From NCBI GenBank assembly GCA_951406725.2, contig OX597822.1:80290001-80354000 (forward strand): a stretch of 64,000 nucleotides of DNA, read 5' to 3'. A program made the position numbers and the translations under genes. Of this stretch, positions 26,990-39,799 are shown one piece after another (position 1 is the stretch's first letter; the number at the start of each line of letters is the position of its first letter). The notes beneath the pieces are model-generated. The model saw nothing but the letters and a program-made list of their open reading frames with translations, made no database searches and was not told the DNA's origin. The stretch comes from Octopus vulgaris (taxonomy: Eukaryota).

Positions 26990-27068
26990 TAAATATGTAT
27001 ACATCTATATGTGTGTATGTATATATATATATATATATATATATACATACATATATATATATATATAT

Positions 27069-27109
<41 letters not shown>

Positions 27110-27110
27110 C

Positions 27111-27189
<79 letters not shown>

Positions 27190-27977
27190 CGCGCACACAT
27201 ATACATACATGTATATGTTCGTATGTTTATTTACTACTCGTTTCTTAAAATTATATATATATATATTTATACAACTACTTTCATTAGCTGGTGTATAAGT
27301 GTATACACACTTACACGCGCACACACATATACACACGCACATATTATATATACACATCTCTTTCACTCTCTCTCCCACGTCTCTCTGTATCTCTCTATCC
27401 ATCATATTTTTTTAAAAAATCAACAGCTGTATTTTTTTTTTTTACCTAAGATGCGTCGTCCCAACTTTGTACAATTTCTTCCATTTATTCCAAGAGCATG
27501 GATATACACGCATACATTCATGCATACAAACATATCTTCGCACACATTCCCACGAACACGTATATGCCCGTCTCTATGTCTCTAAACACCTCCATTAGCC
27601 TGCCTACATCTCTACCTACCTTCCTACATAATTACCTCCATACCTATCAAACGAACCACCTCTGTCTCTCGGTTTTCGTGTCACTATTCAGAAACTTATT
27701 CTTTATTTATAACCACTAATTTTATTTCCTGTGTAAAGGAAACACTAAGATAGAAACAAAAGCAGCTAAACATTAAATTGAAACAATCTTTATATTACCG
27801 ACACCGTTTTTTTTATTTTTGAAATCTTCCATATCTTAATATATTTGCAATTTGTGTTGTGTAGGAGTCTCTGTGTTTATGCATAGTTATCTCTGTCTTC
27901 TCTCTCTACTGCTCCATCTTTTTTTCTCCCTCTGTTTCTCTTACCTCTTAGTATCTATATATATCTCACCCCCATTC

Positions 27978-28069
<92 letters not shown>

Positions 28070-28384
28070 GTATGTCTATCTAACAACCATATCTGGATAC
28101 GATTAACAGAAAAAGAACACAAAACGAAGAAGCATGGAAATCCTATCATCAGCAATAGAGACCAGTCTAGAAGTGCAGTTTTGGCGTGTTTAAAGACCGA
28201 AGACTTTAAATTTCACGGTACTATTCTCTCAATACGTTAGTAACGTGGGAAATGTCTGATGGGATAGAAAAACAGGCACTAAACGTAAATGAAACAACAT
28301 ACAAGCAGGATGGAAAATGACGAACATTAACACTACAGTAATAGAATATATATACACATTTATTCAGACACACACATATACATG

Positions 28385-28427
<43 letters not shown>

Positions 28428-28430
<3 letters not shown>

Positions 28431-28676
28431 AAATAAGATGTGACAATTATTCAATAGCCCAGATAAAACTCTGAGTTTCGGATGCCGAGGTGGAAATCCA
28501 CAACACCATCTCTTCGGTTATCTGGCCGATGGTGTTGTGGATTTCCACCTCGGCATCCGAAACTCAGAATTTTATCTTGGCTATTGAATAATTGTCACAT
28601 ATTATTTTACAGATAAATTTCGTTTATTTACATATATTGAGGTTTCTTTCTTTCTTTTGTTATCTTACCATTTTTA

Positions 28677-28680
<4 letters not shown>
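28428..28680. mobile_element. Penelope/retrozyme-like fragment forming an 83-bp inverted repeat (28428-28510 / 28528-28610), inserted in (TA)n
   Basis: Arms differ at 3 of 83 positions with a 17-nt spacer. Contains a hammerhead motif. (TA)n on both sides. Confidence 0.7.
28459..28525 (-). ncRNA. Type I hammerhead ribozyme motif (U4C variant)
   Basis: Minus strand: CCAGATAA-[CCGAAGA]-GATGGTGTTGTGGATTTCCACCTCGGCATCC-[GAAA]-CT-CAG-AGT-T-TTATCTGG. Stem I is a perfect 8 bp, stem II is long and interrupted, stem III is ACT/AGT, and the cleavage triplet is GUU. Confidence 0.68.
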
Positions 28681-28714
<34 letters not shown>

Positions 28715-29036
28715 GATTAACTGTTGAACTGGACGGACGTCTATTTGTTTCTCTCCCGAGTCAGTAGCAAGCTACACAGCTTCAAAACTAACTGACCTTA
28801 AATATATATATATTTGTAACCACGTGTTTGCCTACAAACCCGTAAGTACGTTTTCATTTAACTACAAATTGTTATATACACCTGTTTTTCTTTTAATATC
28901 CTCAAACAACCAAATAATCAAAAACTCACACCCTTAAGAGAGAACATTTATATATATATACACTTCTTTAACTCCCAAGAAAGAATATATATATTTTCAA
29001 AAAATCAAAAGGAAAACAAACAAAAGAAAAACAAAC

Positions 29037-30157
29037 ATGACTAACTTGCAGGCCTGCAACAGACGAAATTGGTCTGATAACGAAATTGATGTTTTAATAA
29101 ACACATGGCTCTCTCTTTCCCAAACAGAAAATCTAAATGTCTTGTGTTTGAATGAGATTGCCGAAAAAACATCACAAGTGGTCAACACACGATCCGTCAA
29201 ACAGATTCGTAGCAAGTTGAAACATATCGAAGTATCTTTCAAACTGATAAGAGGCCATTATGAAAAGCTTTTACATATTTTCACAGTTCAAGAACAACAA
29301 CAGCTAGAAAATCAGCAGCCACACAACAACAACAACAGAATGAGCCACTCCTGGTTCCCAGCACAATGGCTGACCCTGACATCGGTCATGCACAACAACA
29401 ACAACAACAGCCACAGCAAAAAGAACAACAACAGCCACTCCTCAACTCTAGCTTACTAGACGATTCACTAAATGCCAGTATCTTTTTACCGCTCTCACAG
29501 CAACCACCACAATTATCATCATCATCATCACCACCGATGCCACCATCGTCTTCTATCACCAAAAATACCAACAGAAAACCAAATAAGAAACCACTGCCCT
29601 CTTCCCCCACATCACCACCTCAATACTACTGCAGTAACAAAAACTTAAAGAAACATAGGAAGCAGAATGCGCCCCCCACGGCACAAACAAGAAATCCCCA
29701 AATATGCCGCTATTCACTGCGCCAGAGACTCTGCACAAATAGTGACTGCATCTTCACGCATCTACCTGGCACTAGACGCACTACCGGCCAAGGCCAAAGC
29801 ACGCATCCCACAATAACATCAACACCACCAAATAGTAAATCGAAATTCAAAACACACACAACTCGGAGTCCCAAAATCTGCCGGTATTCCCAACGTGAGA
29901 GAACATGTCTACTGAGTGACTGTCCCTTCACTCATCTTCCAGGGACCCGACGCACAAACAGAAACGGGGCCTCAAGCCAACACACAAACCTGAATAACAA
30001 TAAAAATAGAAACACACCATGCTGCAGTAATGCTGGTCCAGTCTTTTCAGGAAGACACAAAAACAACAACAACAAAAGTGGAAACTACAACCCTATCCAA
30101 CAGTGCAACCACACCTCCAGCCAAAAACTGCTCCCTAAGCAGGAAAATTCTTTTTAG
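29037..30157 (+). CDS. LINE ORF1 protein (Myb/SANT-like domain, polyQ/PS linker, two CCCH zinc fingers), split by a 1-nt deletion at about 29322
   Basis: RNWSDNEIDVLINTW...EIAEK..NTRSVKQIRSKLKHI is a trihelix/Myb-SANT-like pattern. Restoring CCA CA(G) CAA CAA joins this frame to one encoding CRYSLRQRLCTNSDCIFTH and CRYSQRERTCLLSDCPFTH (C-x8-C-x4-C-x3-H), each followed by LPGTRR. Confidence 0.8.
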
Positions 30158-33100
30158 CCATGTTGAACATGGCAAAAGAGATACACAAAAACATTCTAGC
30201 CATCACTCAACACCATCCTATGCTATTACCCCAGTGCACCAATTCCCCACATTGCTGCCACTAACACACACAAAAAATCCAAGCCCCCTGCAACAGTCAA
30301 AACCAGCCACTACACTAACCTCCACATTCCTACTCAATGCACAAGGTGTCAGCCCTTCCATCAATGCACAAAAATGGAAGGTCCAATTCATTGAAGACTG
30401 GGTTGGTAACCATTCACACCACATCCCTTTCTTCATTCTCACTGAGACCCACCTTGACAACTCCCACTTGGAAGCCGAAGTGAGAGTGAAGAATTTCACA
30501 ACCATCCGCGCGGATCGTATCGGCAGGAGGAAGGGTGGAACTGCCATTTTCCTGCATGATTCATTTACGGCAGATGGAAATAGTATATTCTCCAACGGCT
30601 ACTGTGAATCAGTCACCGTGCACAACAAAGCCAATGATCTGACAGTGATTGGGCTCTATAGGCCGCCCCAAACACCCATACTGTGCTTTAAAGAATGCCT
30701 CAACAGCATTAAGTGCTTCATTCAACAGTGCCATTCTAGCAACATACTCATGATGGGAGACTTCAATCTACCCTGTGTTGACTGGACTACAAACTGTTTG
30801 AAACCAAGCACTCCCGCCTCAACCGCTGACAAAGAAGCAGCAGAGTCACTTTTCGACTTTACGAATGAGTTTTTCTTGTCCCAACTTGTCCTTGCACCAA
30901 CAAGACATTAGAACATTTTGGACCTAGTGTTTAGTAACCACACTAACACTATACATAACGTTACAGTGGAAAAAACCCTTCTTTCAGACCATGACATCGT
31001 TCTCTGTAACATGAAATTCCACCAGCCGAAAGCTAATCCTAGTGACCTTCCTCCAGCCCACCCATTTGACAACATGGATCTCCATAAAGCCAACTGGGAT
31101 GCAATCAGGAACGAGCTATCAAATGTTGACTGGTCCTTTACACATACACACATCTCCACCAACCATAAAACATCTTGGCAGATCTTTTTAGACACCGTCA
31201 CAGACATATGTGCAAAACACTCCCCACCAAGACCTGTGAACAAAAAGTGCAGAATCCCCCAAAACAGAAAAACCATTATCAGAAAAATAAAAAGAACAAA
31301 CAAAAAAATTAACAAACTAAAGTACTGCCAACAGCAACACACACATTCGACGGCTATCGCACTGCTTGAATCCAAAAAATATAACCTCCAACAATGCATG
31401 AAGTCCCTCATCAATAACCAAAGATCAGCTGAGGAGAAGTGGGCCATTGAAAAAATCAAACTCAACCCCAAAGTGTTCTTTTCATTTGCGAGGAAACGCA
31501 GGGTCACTGTCTCCACTGTAGGCCCTCTAATTGACGAAACTGGCACTCTCCAAGATAATGCCAAATCCATGGCCGAGATACTGCAGAAACAATACTGCTC
31601 TGTTTTCAGCAATCCTGATATGGCCGATCTGGGCTGTATCAGTGATGTCAACCCCCAACACACTATATCGGACATAACGTTTAGTGCCCCTGATGTCTTA
31701 GCGGCGATAAACGAAATAAAACACAATTCAGCAGTAGGCCCCGATAGGTTCCCTGCTTGTGTCCTGAAGGTGTGTCGACACCAACTTGCATCTCCCCTTG
31801 CTAATCTGTGGAGAAACTCACTGGATGCTGGCTATATTCCAAAAAACCTTCTGTCCCAGTCTGTTGTCCCAGTTTTCAAAAAGGGAAACAAGTCCCTTGC
31901 AGTGAATTACCGTCCGATCTCACTCACCTCTCATATCATCAAGGTATTTGAGAGGGTGGTGAGATCTCAAATAACCCAATTTCTGGAAAGCAACAGACGG
32001 CTGATCTCCAACCAACATGGGTTCCGTAATGGAAGGGACTGCCTAACGCAGCTCCTGCATCACTTTGAGGACATTTTGAGAGCTTTGGGAGAGGGCTCCA
32101 ACACCGATGTCATCTACCTTGATTTCAGTAAGGCCTTCGACAGGGTCGATCACAAGATCCTATTGAAAAAACTATCCAACATTGGTGTCTCTGGAAAGTT
32201 ACTGAAATGGATTAAGTGTTTCCTGACAGACAGATCTCAACATGTTGTAGTTGAAGGGGTAAAATCAAGCCCAGCCAAAGTCAGTAGTGGCGTTCCGCAA
32301 GGCACTGTGCTGGGCCCACTTCTTTTCATCATTTACATTAATGACATTAATGACATCATCAAGCACAGCAACATAAAAATCTTTGCAGATGACTCCAAGC
32401 TACAGAAGGTCATAAATGAGGCGAGTGACCGGACATGCCTTCAGTCAGATCTACTGGCTGTTATCCAATGGGCAGAAAAAAACAATATGCTGCTGAACGA
32501 GGATAAATTTGAGCTAATCCACTTTGGAAAAGAGGATGCCCTGAAACTCCCATACTCCCTTCCTTCAGGTGAAACTCTCGCGGCGTCCAACAACATCAGA
32601 GACTTGGGAGTAATTGTGGACAACAACGTAAGCTGGGCCACTCGTATAAACACCAAAGTTGACATGGCCCGCAGAATGTGTTCCTGGATTCTCAGAACTT
32701 TCCAGTCGAGAGATATCCACACCATTATCCTTCTCTTCTCCACTTTTGCCCGACCCCACCTTGAATACTGTTGTCCACTGTGGTCTCCCCACACAATACA
32801 AGGTATCATAAAAGTCGAAGCACCTCAAAGGGCAATCACAAAAAAGATAGATGGCATGACAGGCCTCGACTATTGGGGTCGACTAGAAAAGCTAAAACTC
32901 TATTCTCTCCAACGTCGTCGTGAGCGCTACATCATCTGCATGATGTGGAAAATATTCCATCAGCATTGCCCAAATGATGTTGGCATCACCTTTAAGGTAC
33001 ATCCAAGGCTTGGGCCCCGTGCCATCCGCCCAAAACAAAAATCGCACTCTCATCTCATAACAACAATACGGCACAATTATTTCACCTCAATTGGCCCCGC

Positions 33101-33269
33101 TCTCTTTAACATTACACCAAAACACATTAAAACAGAAAGTGACCCTATAGGGTTCAAGAAGTCTTTGGACAGATTCCTTCAAGAAATCCCGGATAAACCC
33201 CCTACACCCGGATATGTCTCTGTAAACAATAACTCTCTACTTGAGTGGGCCATAGTGCCCAAATTCTGA
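30030..33269 (+). CDS. LINE ORF2: apurinic-like endonuclease + reverse transcriptase; one in-frame TAG at 30909-30911; true start uncertain
   Basis: The two track ORFs (30030-30911, 30918-33269) share a frame. APE motifs: LNAQG, LTETHL, GLYRPP, MGDFNLP, PTR-x-*-NILDLVFSN, SDH. RT motifs: QHGFR, YLDFSKAFDRVDH, GVPQGTVLGPLLF, FADD, DLGV. CR1-type C-terminal LEYCCPLWSP and LYSLQRRRERY. Confidence 0.95.
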
Positions 33270-33974
33270 CTTGAAAGACTTCACCAGGTGGTGCTATTAA
33301 GTTAGACATGGCCTGAGCCAATAATGGCCGAAACCTATCAAAGTATCAAAGTATATATATATATATATACATATATATAATCGAGTGTTTGTATATACTT
33401 ATATATATATATATATATCATAATTTATGTCATGGTATATATATGTTCCCAAAATGAATGCTTAGGAAGAATATTTGTATTACGCAGATGATTGCATGTT
33501 ACAGGCTAATCAGCTATAACGGTCACTGATAAGAGGTATAAAGTTGGAAGATATAATGTCAAATTATTTGAAAATGTTTCTGTTGAAAGTTACGCTTATA
33601 GAGAAAGATTGTATAAGATTAATGTTACGCAAACATTGTGTAACAACCACTGAAAGACATGTATAGATGTTACTAATAATTTTCTATAAATACTTTCGTC
33701 CTTTGTTTCTTATTTCTTTCAGTCTGTTTTACGCGTAAAACCTACGTCTGGATCACAAACAGGATATAAATAATATTCAATATATTATATAGACTGTAGA
33801 AATGAGACAATCTAAGAGCTTGCAACGTCGTGTACAACACTTCGAGCAGTGTTGTTTTTAGTTTTTGACTAACTTCTGCAGTCTGTTTTGAAATTCAGTG
33901 ACTGAAAATTTCTGTCTGTCTGTTTCTCTGTCAGTATGTCTGCAGGTACATACATAAATGAACAGTTATATACA

Positions 33975-34089
<115 letters not shown>

Positions 34090-34243
34090 ATACATATATA
34101 TATATGTATATACATATGTACGCATATTTACAACGATACACATACATGTACGAGTAAATATATACGAGTGTGCGTCTAAATATGTATGTATAAATACTTC
34201 TCATTAAATATGTGATAAACAGTCTTTTTCTTTGAATTATGCC

Positions 34244-34285
<42 letters not shown>

Positions 34286-34389
34286 ATATATATGTATATG
34301 TAAGTATATATAGTGAATGGGAGCAAAAGTAATTGATATCATGCCTGTATATAACAATTTATTTCAGGTAATCCAGTCGTTAGTGTGAG

Positions 34390-35090
34390 TTCTCTGTTTG
34401 TCTCAGAATTAGTGACCTTCTACTGATCATAAATGAGAATAAAGAGGGACCAAGACACCATCATGTGATATACGTGAGGTAGCATTGATGTTGTAAAGGA
34501 CACACTAGAGTGATATCGAGAAATTAAAACCAAAAAACAACAAAAACAAAACAAATCAAGAAAATGGCTCTATATAAAAAGTCACCAACCAGAACAGGCC
34601 AGATGATGCTAATAATAATTCTTTTGATGCAATTACTTCATTTGCAGTCATCAGCATCCAAGGCAAAATAACAAATACGCCATATAAATAGATATGATAT
34701 TGAATTGAAGGCAATGAATCTGAAATGGCAATATCAACATCCTTATATAGAAAAGCATTTAGATCTGATTCACAAACGAGGCTCTTCGTATAGAAGTCAA
34801 AAAAATTCAAAATAAATTAATAGACCAAACTAGATATCAATACAAGAAAAGATGCAGCTTAATAGATTTATTAGGTATATAAATCCATTGAATTTATTCA
34901 GCTCTACATAAAGCGTATTATCTGAATCAATTGATATAAAGAATTTTGTAAAACATAACACTAAACTACTTAACGGGTTATAGCAAATCATAAAATGACA
35001 ATACTTTTCCAAAATAAATTTATAATAACCAAAATCCTTCTGACCAATATATTTCGTCACAGAAATAAATAATGGTGATTGAAACACTCA
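34390..35090 (-). mobile_element. Highly decayed CR1/L2-like RT fragment
   Basis: Minus-strand remnants: ATSRISHDGVLGPSLFSF (cf. SGVPQGSVLGPLLF), IDSDNTLYVELNK (cf. YxDFxKAFD region), EVIAS..SSG (cf. SSGPD region). Confidence 0.5.
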
Positions 35091-36504
35091 GCACAACATA
35101 CATGAGTAACATACAAAATATATATACCTGATTGCTAATGTATAAAGCTAAACTTAAAACTGGAACATTTACGGTAATGTCTAGATCAAACACATTGGTC
35201 CTACCTATTTAAAAGACAACACACGCCAATATTACTTCATCATGAAGTTGAGACTAAGAGGGTCCAGAATCATGGATGAGGGAACAGACTTCTCTTACTA
35301 ATCTCTTTGATTGCTATTTCTAACATGTCATGAGAACACATAGAGACTCCTTCAATGAGTCACTTCGCTGGTTGCTGTTGTTGTTGTTTTAACTGTTCTA
35401 TGATAAGAATCCTCCTCCTATCATTTGTACATTTAGAACTACTTTCTCGAAGACCGTCTTTCTGTATTCATTACGGCAGAGCTTTTAACTTAAAGAAGAA
35501 TTGGCTGCAATTTCTAGCAAGTTGCGTGTTCGCGTAGGGACTTTCATTTATCATTTTTCTGGATATTTCCATGTTTTCTGAGAATCAGTGAAAGACGACT
35601 GGGGTGGAGCTGAATGGTTTTGCTGGTGGTTGTTTATCTCTATAATAACACACCATTTAGAATCGAAAGAAATATGCATGAGTAAATAAAAGAAAAATAA
35701 CTGATAAATACTTCATTCGTGCTCTGAAATTATTCTATTTCAAATACTTACTTCTTCTTCTTCTTTAATAGCTGTCTCTAGGTCTCGTTCGTCAATTTTC
35801 GACAGCAGTTTATCCTATAAAAAGATTCGAAGAAAATAATAAGATTTTTCGCATCATAGAATATGCTACAGCGTTAAACAACATATTAATATCATGAAAT
35901 AAACCATAACATTAAACAAATGATATCATGGAGTTTGCCGTTATCAGCTGAAAGTTAAAAGGTTGAAGGCCGAAAATAAATTATTTATGAACGCAAACAG
36001 GGAAATATAGAATTTAACATTGCAAAATATTTTTAGTGGTCTAAAAGACTTTTCATTGCGTAAAGTATTTTAGTGATTAACTCGTATAAAATATGTTTCT
36101 GTAATGTAAGAAAGCTAATTTATAATTAACAGAGAGTAATGTACCTTCTAAAGAACACTGAGACAAATGTATAAATATTTCATAAATGTGTAGAAAAGGG
36201 CTGAACTAAGATGTAAAGACTTGTGCATTTTATTTTATCAGCAGATAGACCTGAAGAGGTTTCTCTATATTTCAACGACCGTTTCCGGTGTAAAATACCT
36301 AGATAATCGTATATGTGCATAAGTAGTTATTCTGTTAAGGTTTCCACGTTTTAATATCCGTTGCTGACTACCACGCGGAATATTTCAGTGTTGAGTATGC
36401 TAGAGCGTGTGTCCGTGAAAAACCTATTTCATATATTATGAATGTGTTTCCATTATATACCTATAAAATGCTTTTATAACGTTTTAACTAAGATTTTATA
36501 TCTG

Positions 36505-36585
<81 letters not shown>

Positions 36586-37458
36586 ATGAGTGTGTATATA
36601 TGTGCGTAAGTATGCATATGTATATACGTACATGCATGTATTTATATATATATGTAGTAAAATAAACACAATCAGAAAGCCAGAGTGTATTGATTTATAT
36701 TTCAAGAGATTGCGAGATAATAAACAGGCGAGTAGTGAGTAGTGTAAAGAAAATTGAATAAACAAAATAAATGCGTTAGTATATGCAAACAAACCGTTTA
36801 TGCGTCAGACACACACATCGGGTGTTCACACAATTAGACACACCATCTCATACTCATAAACATCGCTTATACGGAATATGAAGCACAGATACAGACACTA
36901 ACTCGCAAACACCGATTACAGATTGCATAACGCACGCACGTACACCTACATACATAATTTATTCGATTTGTGTGTGAGAAGTAAAACGTTCTAACATGTC
37001 ATTTTCAATGAAGAATCTGTCAGTTAATTTCCTGTTATGGCGCCTTTACTACCCGAATGTTTTTTTGTAAATGATATTTTACCTTTAAATAGTTAGCTCT
37101 TCTGCTAACGTAAGAGAGATAAGGATGAGATGTTATTTAGATATAATGTCACTCTTGATTGAGCATATCATTGATACAAGACTTTCCACCCAAGACCTTA
37201 ACCTCTTGTGAAAGCGATGCAGTTATACACTCTGTTCTATTCTCCTTGACAGTATATCCCACATTTTTTTGAGACAATAGGTTATTATTTGGGGGCGAAT
37301 GTGCTACTATTTCTAGCTGATCGAACGACGATGTATTCGCACTGTGGTTGAGTACACCATGGGTTGTCAAGCGAATTTGTTAATTTTACTTGTTTCTCCA
37401 TTTATTTTCATTCGTTACAATATTATTTGAATTAACAAGAAAAATATTTTTTATCATA

Positions 37459-37597
37459 GGCGTAGGCTTTCCTACCACATGGTTCTGGGTTCAATCTCAC
37501 TGCGTGGTGCTTTGGGCAAGTGTCTTCTGCTATAAACTTGGGCCGGCCAAAGCCTTGAGTGGAAATAGGAGAGGGGAACTAAAAAAGAATCACGTCG

Positions 37598-37664
<67 letters not shown>

Positions 37665-37870
37665 GTGTGTGTGTGTCTTTTTGTTTGTACCTCACTAATG
37701 CTTGACAACCTGTGTGTACGCCCTCTAACTTAGCGGTTCGGCAGAGTCCGATAGAATAAGTACTAGACTTTAGAAAGAAATATAAGTACTGGGTTTGATT
37801 CATTCGACGAATAATTCTTCAAGGCGGTACCGCAGCATGACCGCAGTTTAACAAATAAAGTATAAAAGAT
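37459..37870 (+). mobile_element. SINE family B copy (tRNA head, CORE-like CCTTGGGCAAGTGTCTT, internal TA/TG microsatellite)
   Basis: GGGTTCAATCTCACTGCGTGGTGCTTTGGGCAAGTGTCTTCTG...AACTTAGCGGTTCGGCAGAG..CCGATAGAATAAGTACTAG; co-linear with 61227-61638. Confidence 0.8.
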
Positions 37871-38444
37871 AGTTTGTTTTTTTTTAAACTTTATTTTTTC
37901 TTTACAACTTGCGTTTACCGCTTTTGAAATCTGAACAAATTTTACTCCAATGCGGACATATAATTATGGAGTGCGAACTAGAAAATATAAAGAAACGTCA
38001 TTATGTCGTCTGTAAAATATAAGATTGACCTGATCGTCTGCGGCGTTAGAGGTTCAATTCCAGTTATCACAGAAATATACGCTAATTGAATTCATTTGCA
38101 AATCAGTACAACGTTTATGGATTTTTAAGAATACATGAAGGAAGAAAGGCCACGAGTAACATTTGGAATCACCCACTTAGTATTTTCTCATCCAATATTA
38201 AACTTTCTTCGTATATAGAATCAACCATGTTTGTCCTGATCAAAGTCATTGCAGGAGTGACATGGAAATGGTTTTCTAAGATAACGACAACGCATTCGAA
38301 CGAGTGCGATAGAAATAAATCAAAGCCGAATACGTATATTGTATAAAATCCGTCATTACCGCCAAAGCAAAATATTCATTTCATATCGCAAAATAGACTT
38401 ACAGAACTCGGGGAAAAAGTAATCACATTATTTTCTGTACAAGT

Positions 38445-38668
38445 TAATAATCTTCTTTTCTACTCTAGGCACAAGACCCGACAGTTTTCGGAAAGGGGCC
38501 AGTAGATTAGATTGACCCCAGTATGCAACTGGTACTTAATTTATTGACCCCGAAATGATGAAAGGCAAAGTCGACCACGATGGAATTTGAACTCAGAACG
38601 TAAAGACGGACGAAATACCGCTAAGCATTTCGCCCGGTATGCTAACGTTTCTGCCAGCTCGCCGCCTT
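38445..38668 (-). mobile_element. SINE family A copy (full length)
   Basis: Reverse complement of head AAGGCGGCGAGCTGGCAGAAACGTTAGC, B box, core and tail. Confidence 0.85.
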
Positions 38669-39799
38669 AGATATGAAATATATTAAAACAAATCAATAAA
38701 TTCTAACACTCACGAGAAGAGAACGCAGACAAAAACACTGACCAAAGCTGATTTGGTATTAAAACGCAGTATAGGAGATGACAGTGTTTAAAGGAGTAGA
38801 GAACATGAAACTCAAAAATGCTTAAACAACAAGAGGAGCAAAGACTACCGGTTTCAGCACATATAAATGAATGCATTGATTTAGAAAACAACAAACGAAA
38901 TTAATTTTGAATTGAAAGCGATAGTATCTAAAAAAAAATTAAGAATGACTACAAACCAGAAAAATATCAAACACGATGAAGGTATCAAAGACCATGGAAA
39001 ATAAAACCATAATCAAACTGTCTAGGCATTAGAAATAATTACTGAGTAAATAAATGAAATATACTTAGTTTCCTTTTGTTTTTAGTTTGGTTTACGAGGT
39101 TCTTGATGTGAATTCGTGTGTTGAAACAAATTTTGTTGTGTCTTTGAGGGTCATTACGCCGGTAATAAAACACGCACTGACTCAATATCACTCTTTGTTG
39201 CTTGTCAATTAGTTAAATATCTAAAACCAATCGACTGTCTGTTTAATACGTTGGTTAGTCAGAGTTCTTTCGTCGCTGTTTACGACTTCATCAATGGGAT
39301 TCCCGCTATCTTCAAGGTCAAGAATAAAGAAGTGATATTGTGCCAGAGCTTTATTATTATTATTATTATTAGCGTAAAGACCCTCTCAAGTCACAACGAG
39401 AAATTAAATATATATTGCGGCCTTAAACTAAATAATGTAGATTATATATGTGGCAGGTGTAGTAATGCGAGTAACGAAAATAAATCACCTAGATATTATT
39501 CTGTTCGGTTGCTGGGATTCGTAACGCCAGTTACTCTATTTCGACGTCGTAGAAGTGGCTGAGATTACCAGATACCCACTGAGCAGAATTCCAGTCCATT
39601 TCAGGTTTATTCATGGAATTAACTGAAGGTTTATTCAGAGGAATTAACTGAAGTGACGTAAAATGTTTTTCTCCAGAATATAATGCACCACCTTATCCGG
39701 GAATGGAAACTACGTTTTTGCCATTGTGATACAATACTCTAACAAATTAGCCACGTACCTTCCCAGGGGAGGAGCAAAGGTTTGAAATAATGAAGAAAA

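Larger units (their letters stand above)
28712..33353 (+). mobile_element. Full-length CR1-clade LINE (APE + RT), young but carrying 2-3 point lesions, inserted in (TA)n
   Basis: About 325-nt 5' UTR, ORF1, ORF2 with APE endonuclease and RT, about 85-nt 3' UTR ending in an 8-nt tandem tail (TATCAAAG)2. (TA)n on both flanks. Confidence 0.95.

Noticed and set aside
30909-30911. Programmed stop-codon readthrough in ORF2
   Set aside because: The stop lies inside the endonuclease fold and lacks a readthrough context; a simple point mutation is more parsimonious.
30218-33074. Antisense ORFs inside the LINE (e.g. 30908-31726)
   Set aside because: Shadow frames of the RT/APE coding strand.
38700-39050. 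Possible LINE RT-upstream remnant
   Set aside because: Too decayed to assign a frame or clade.
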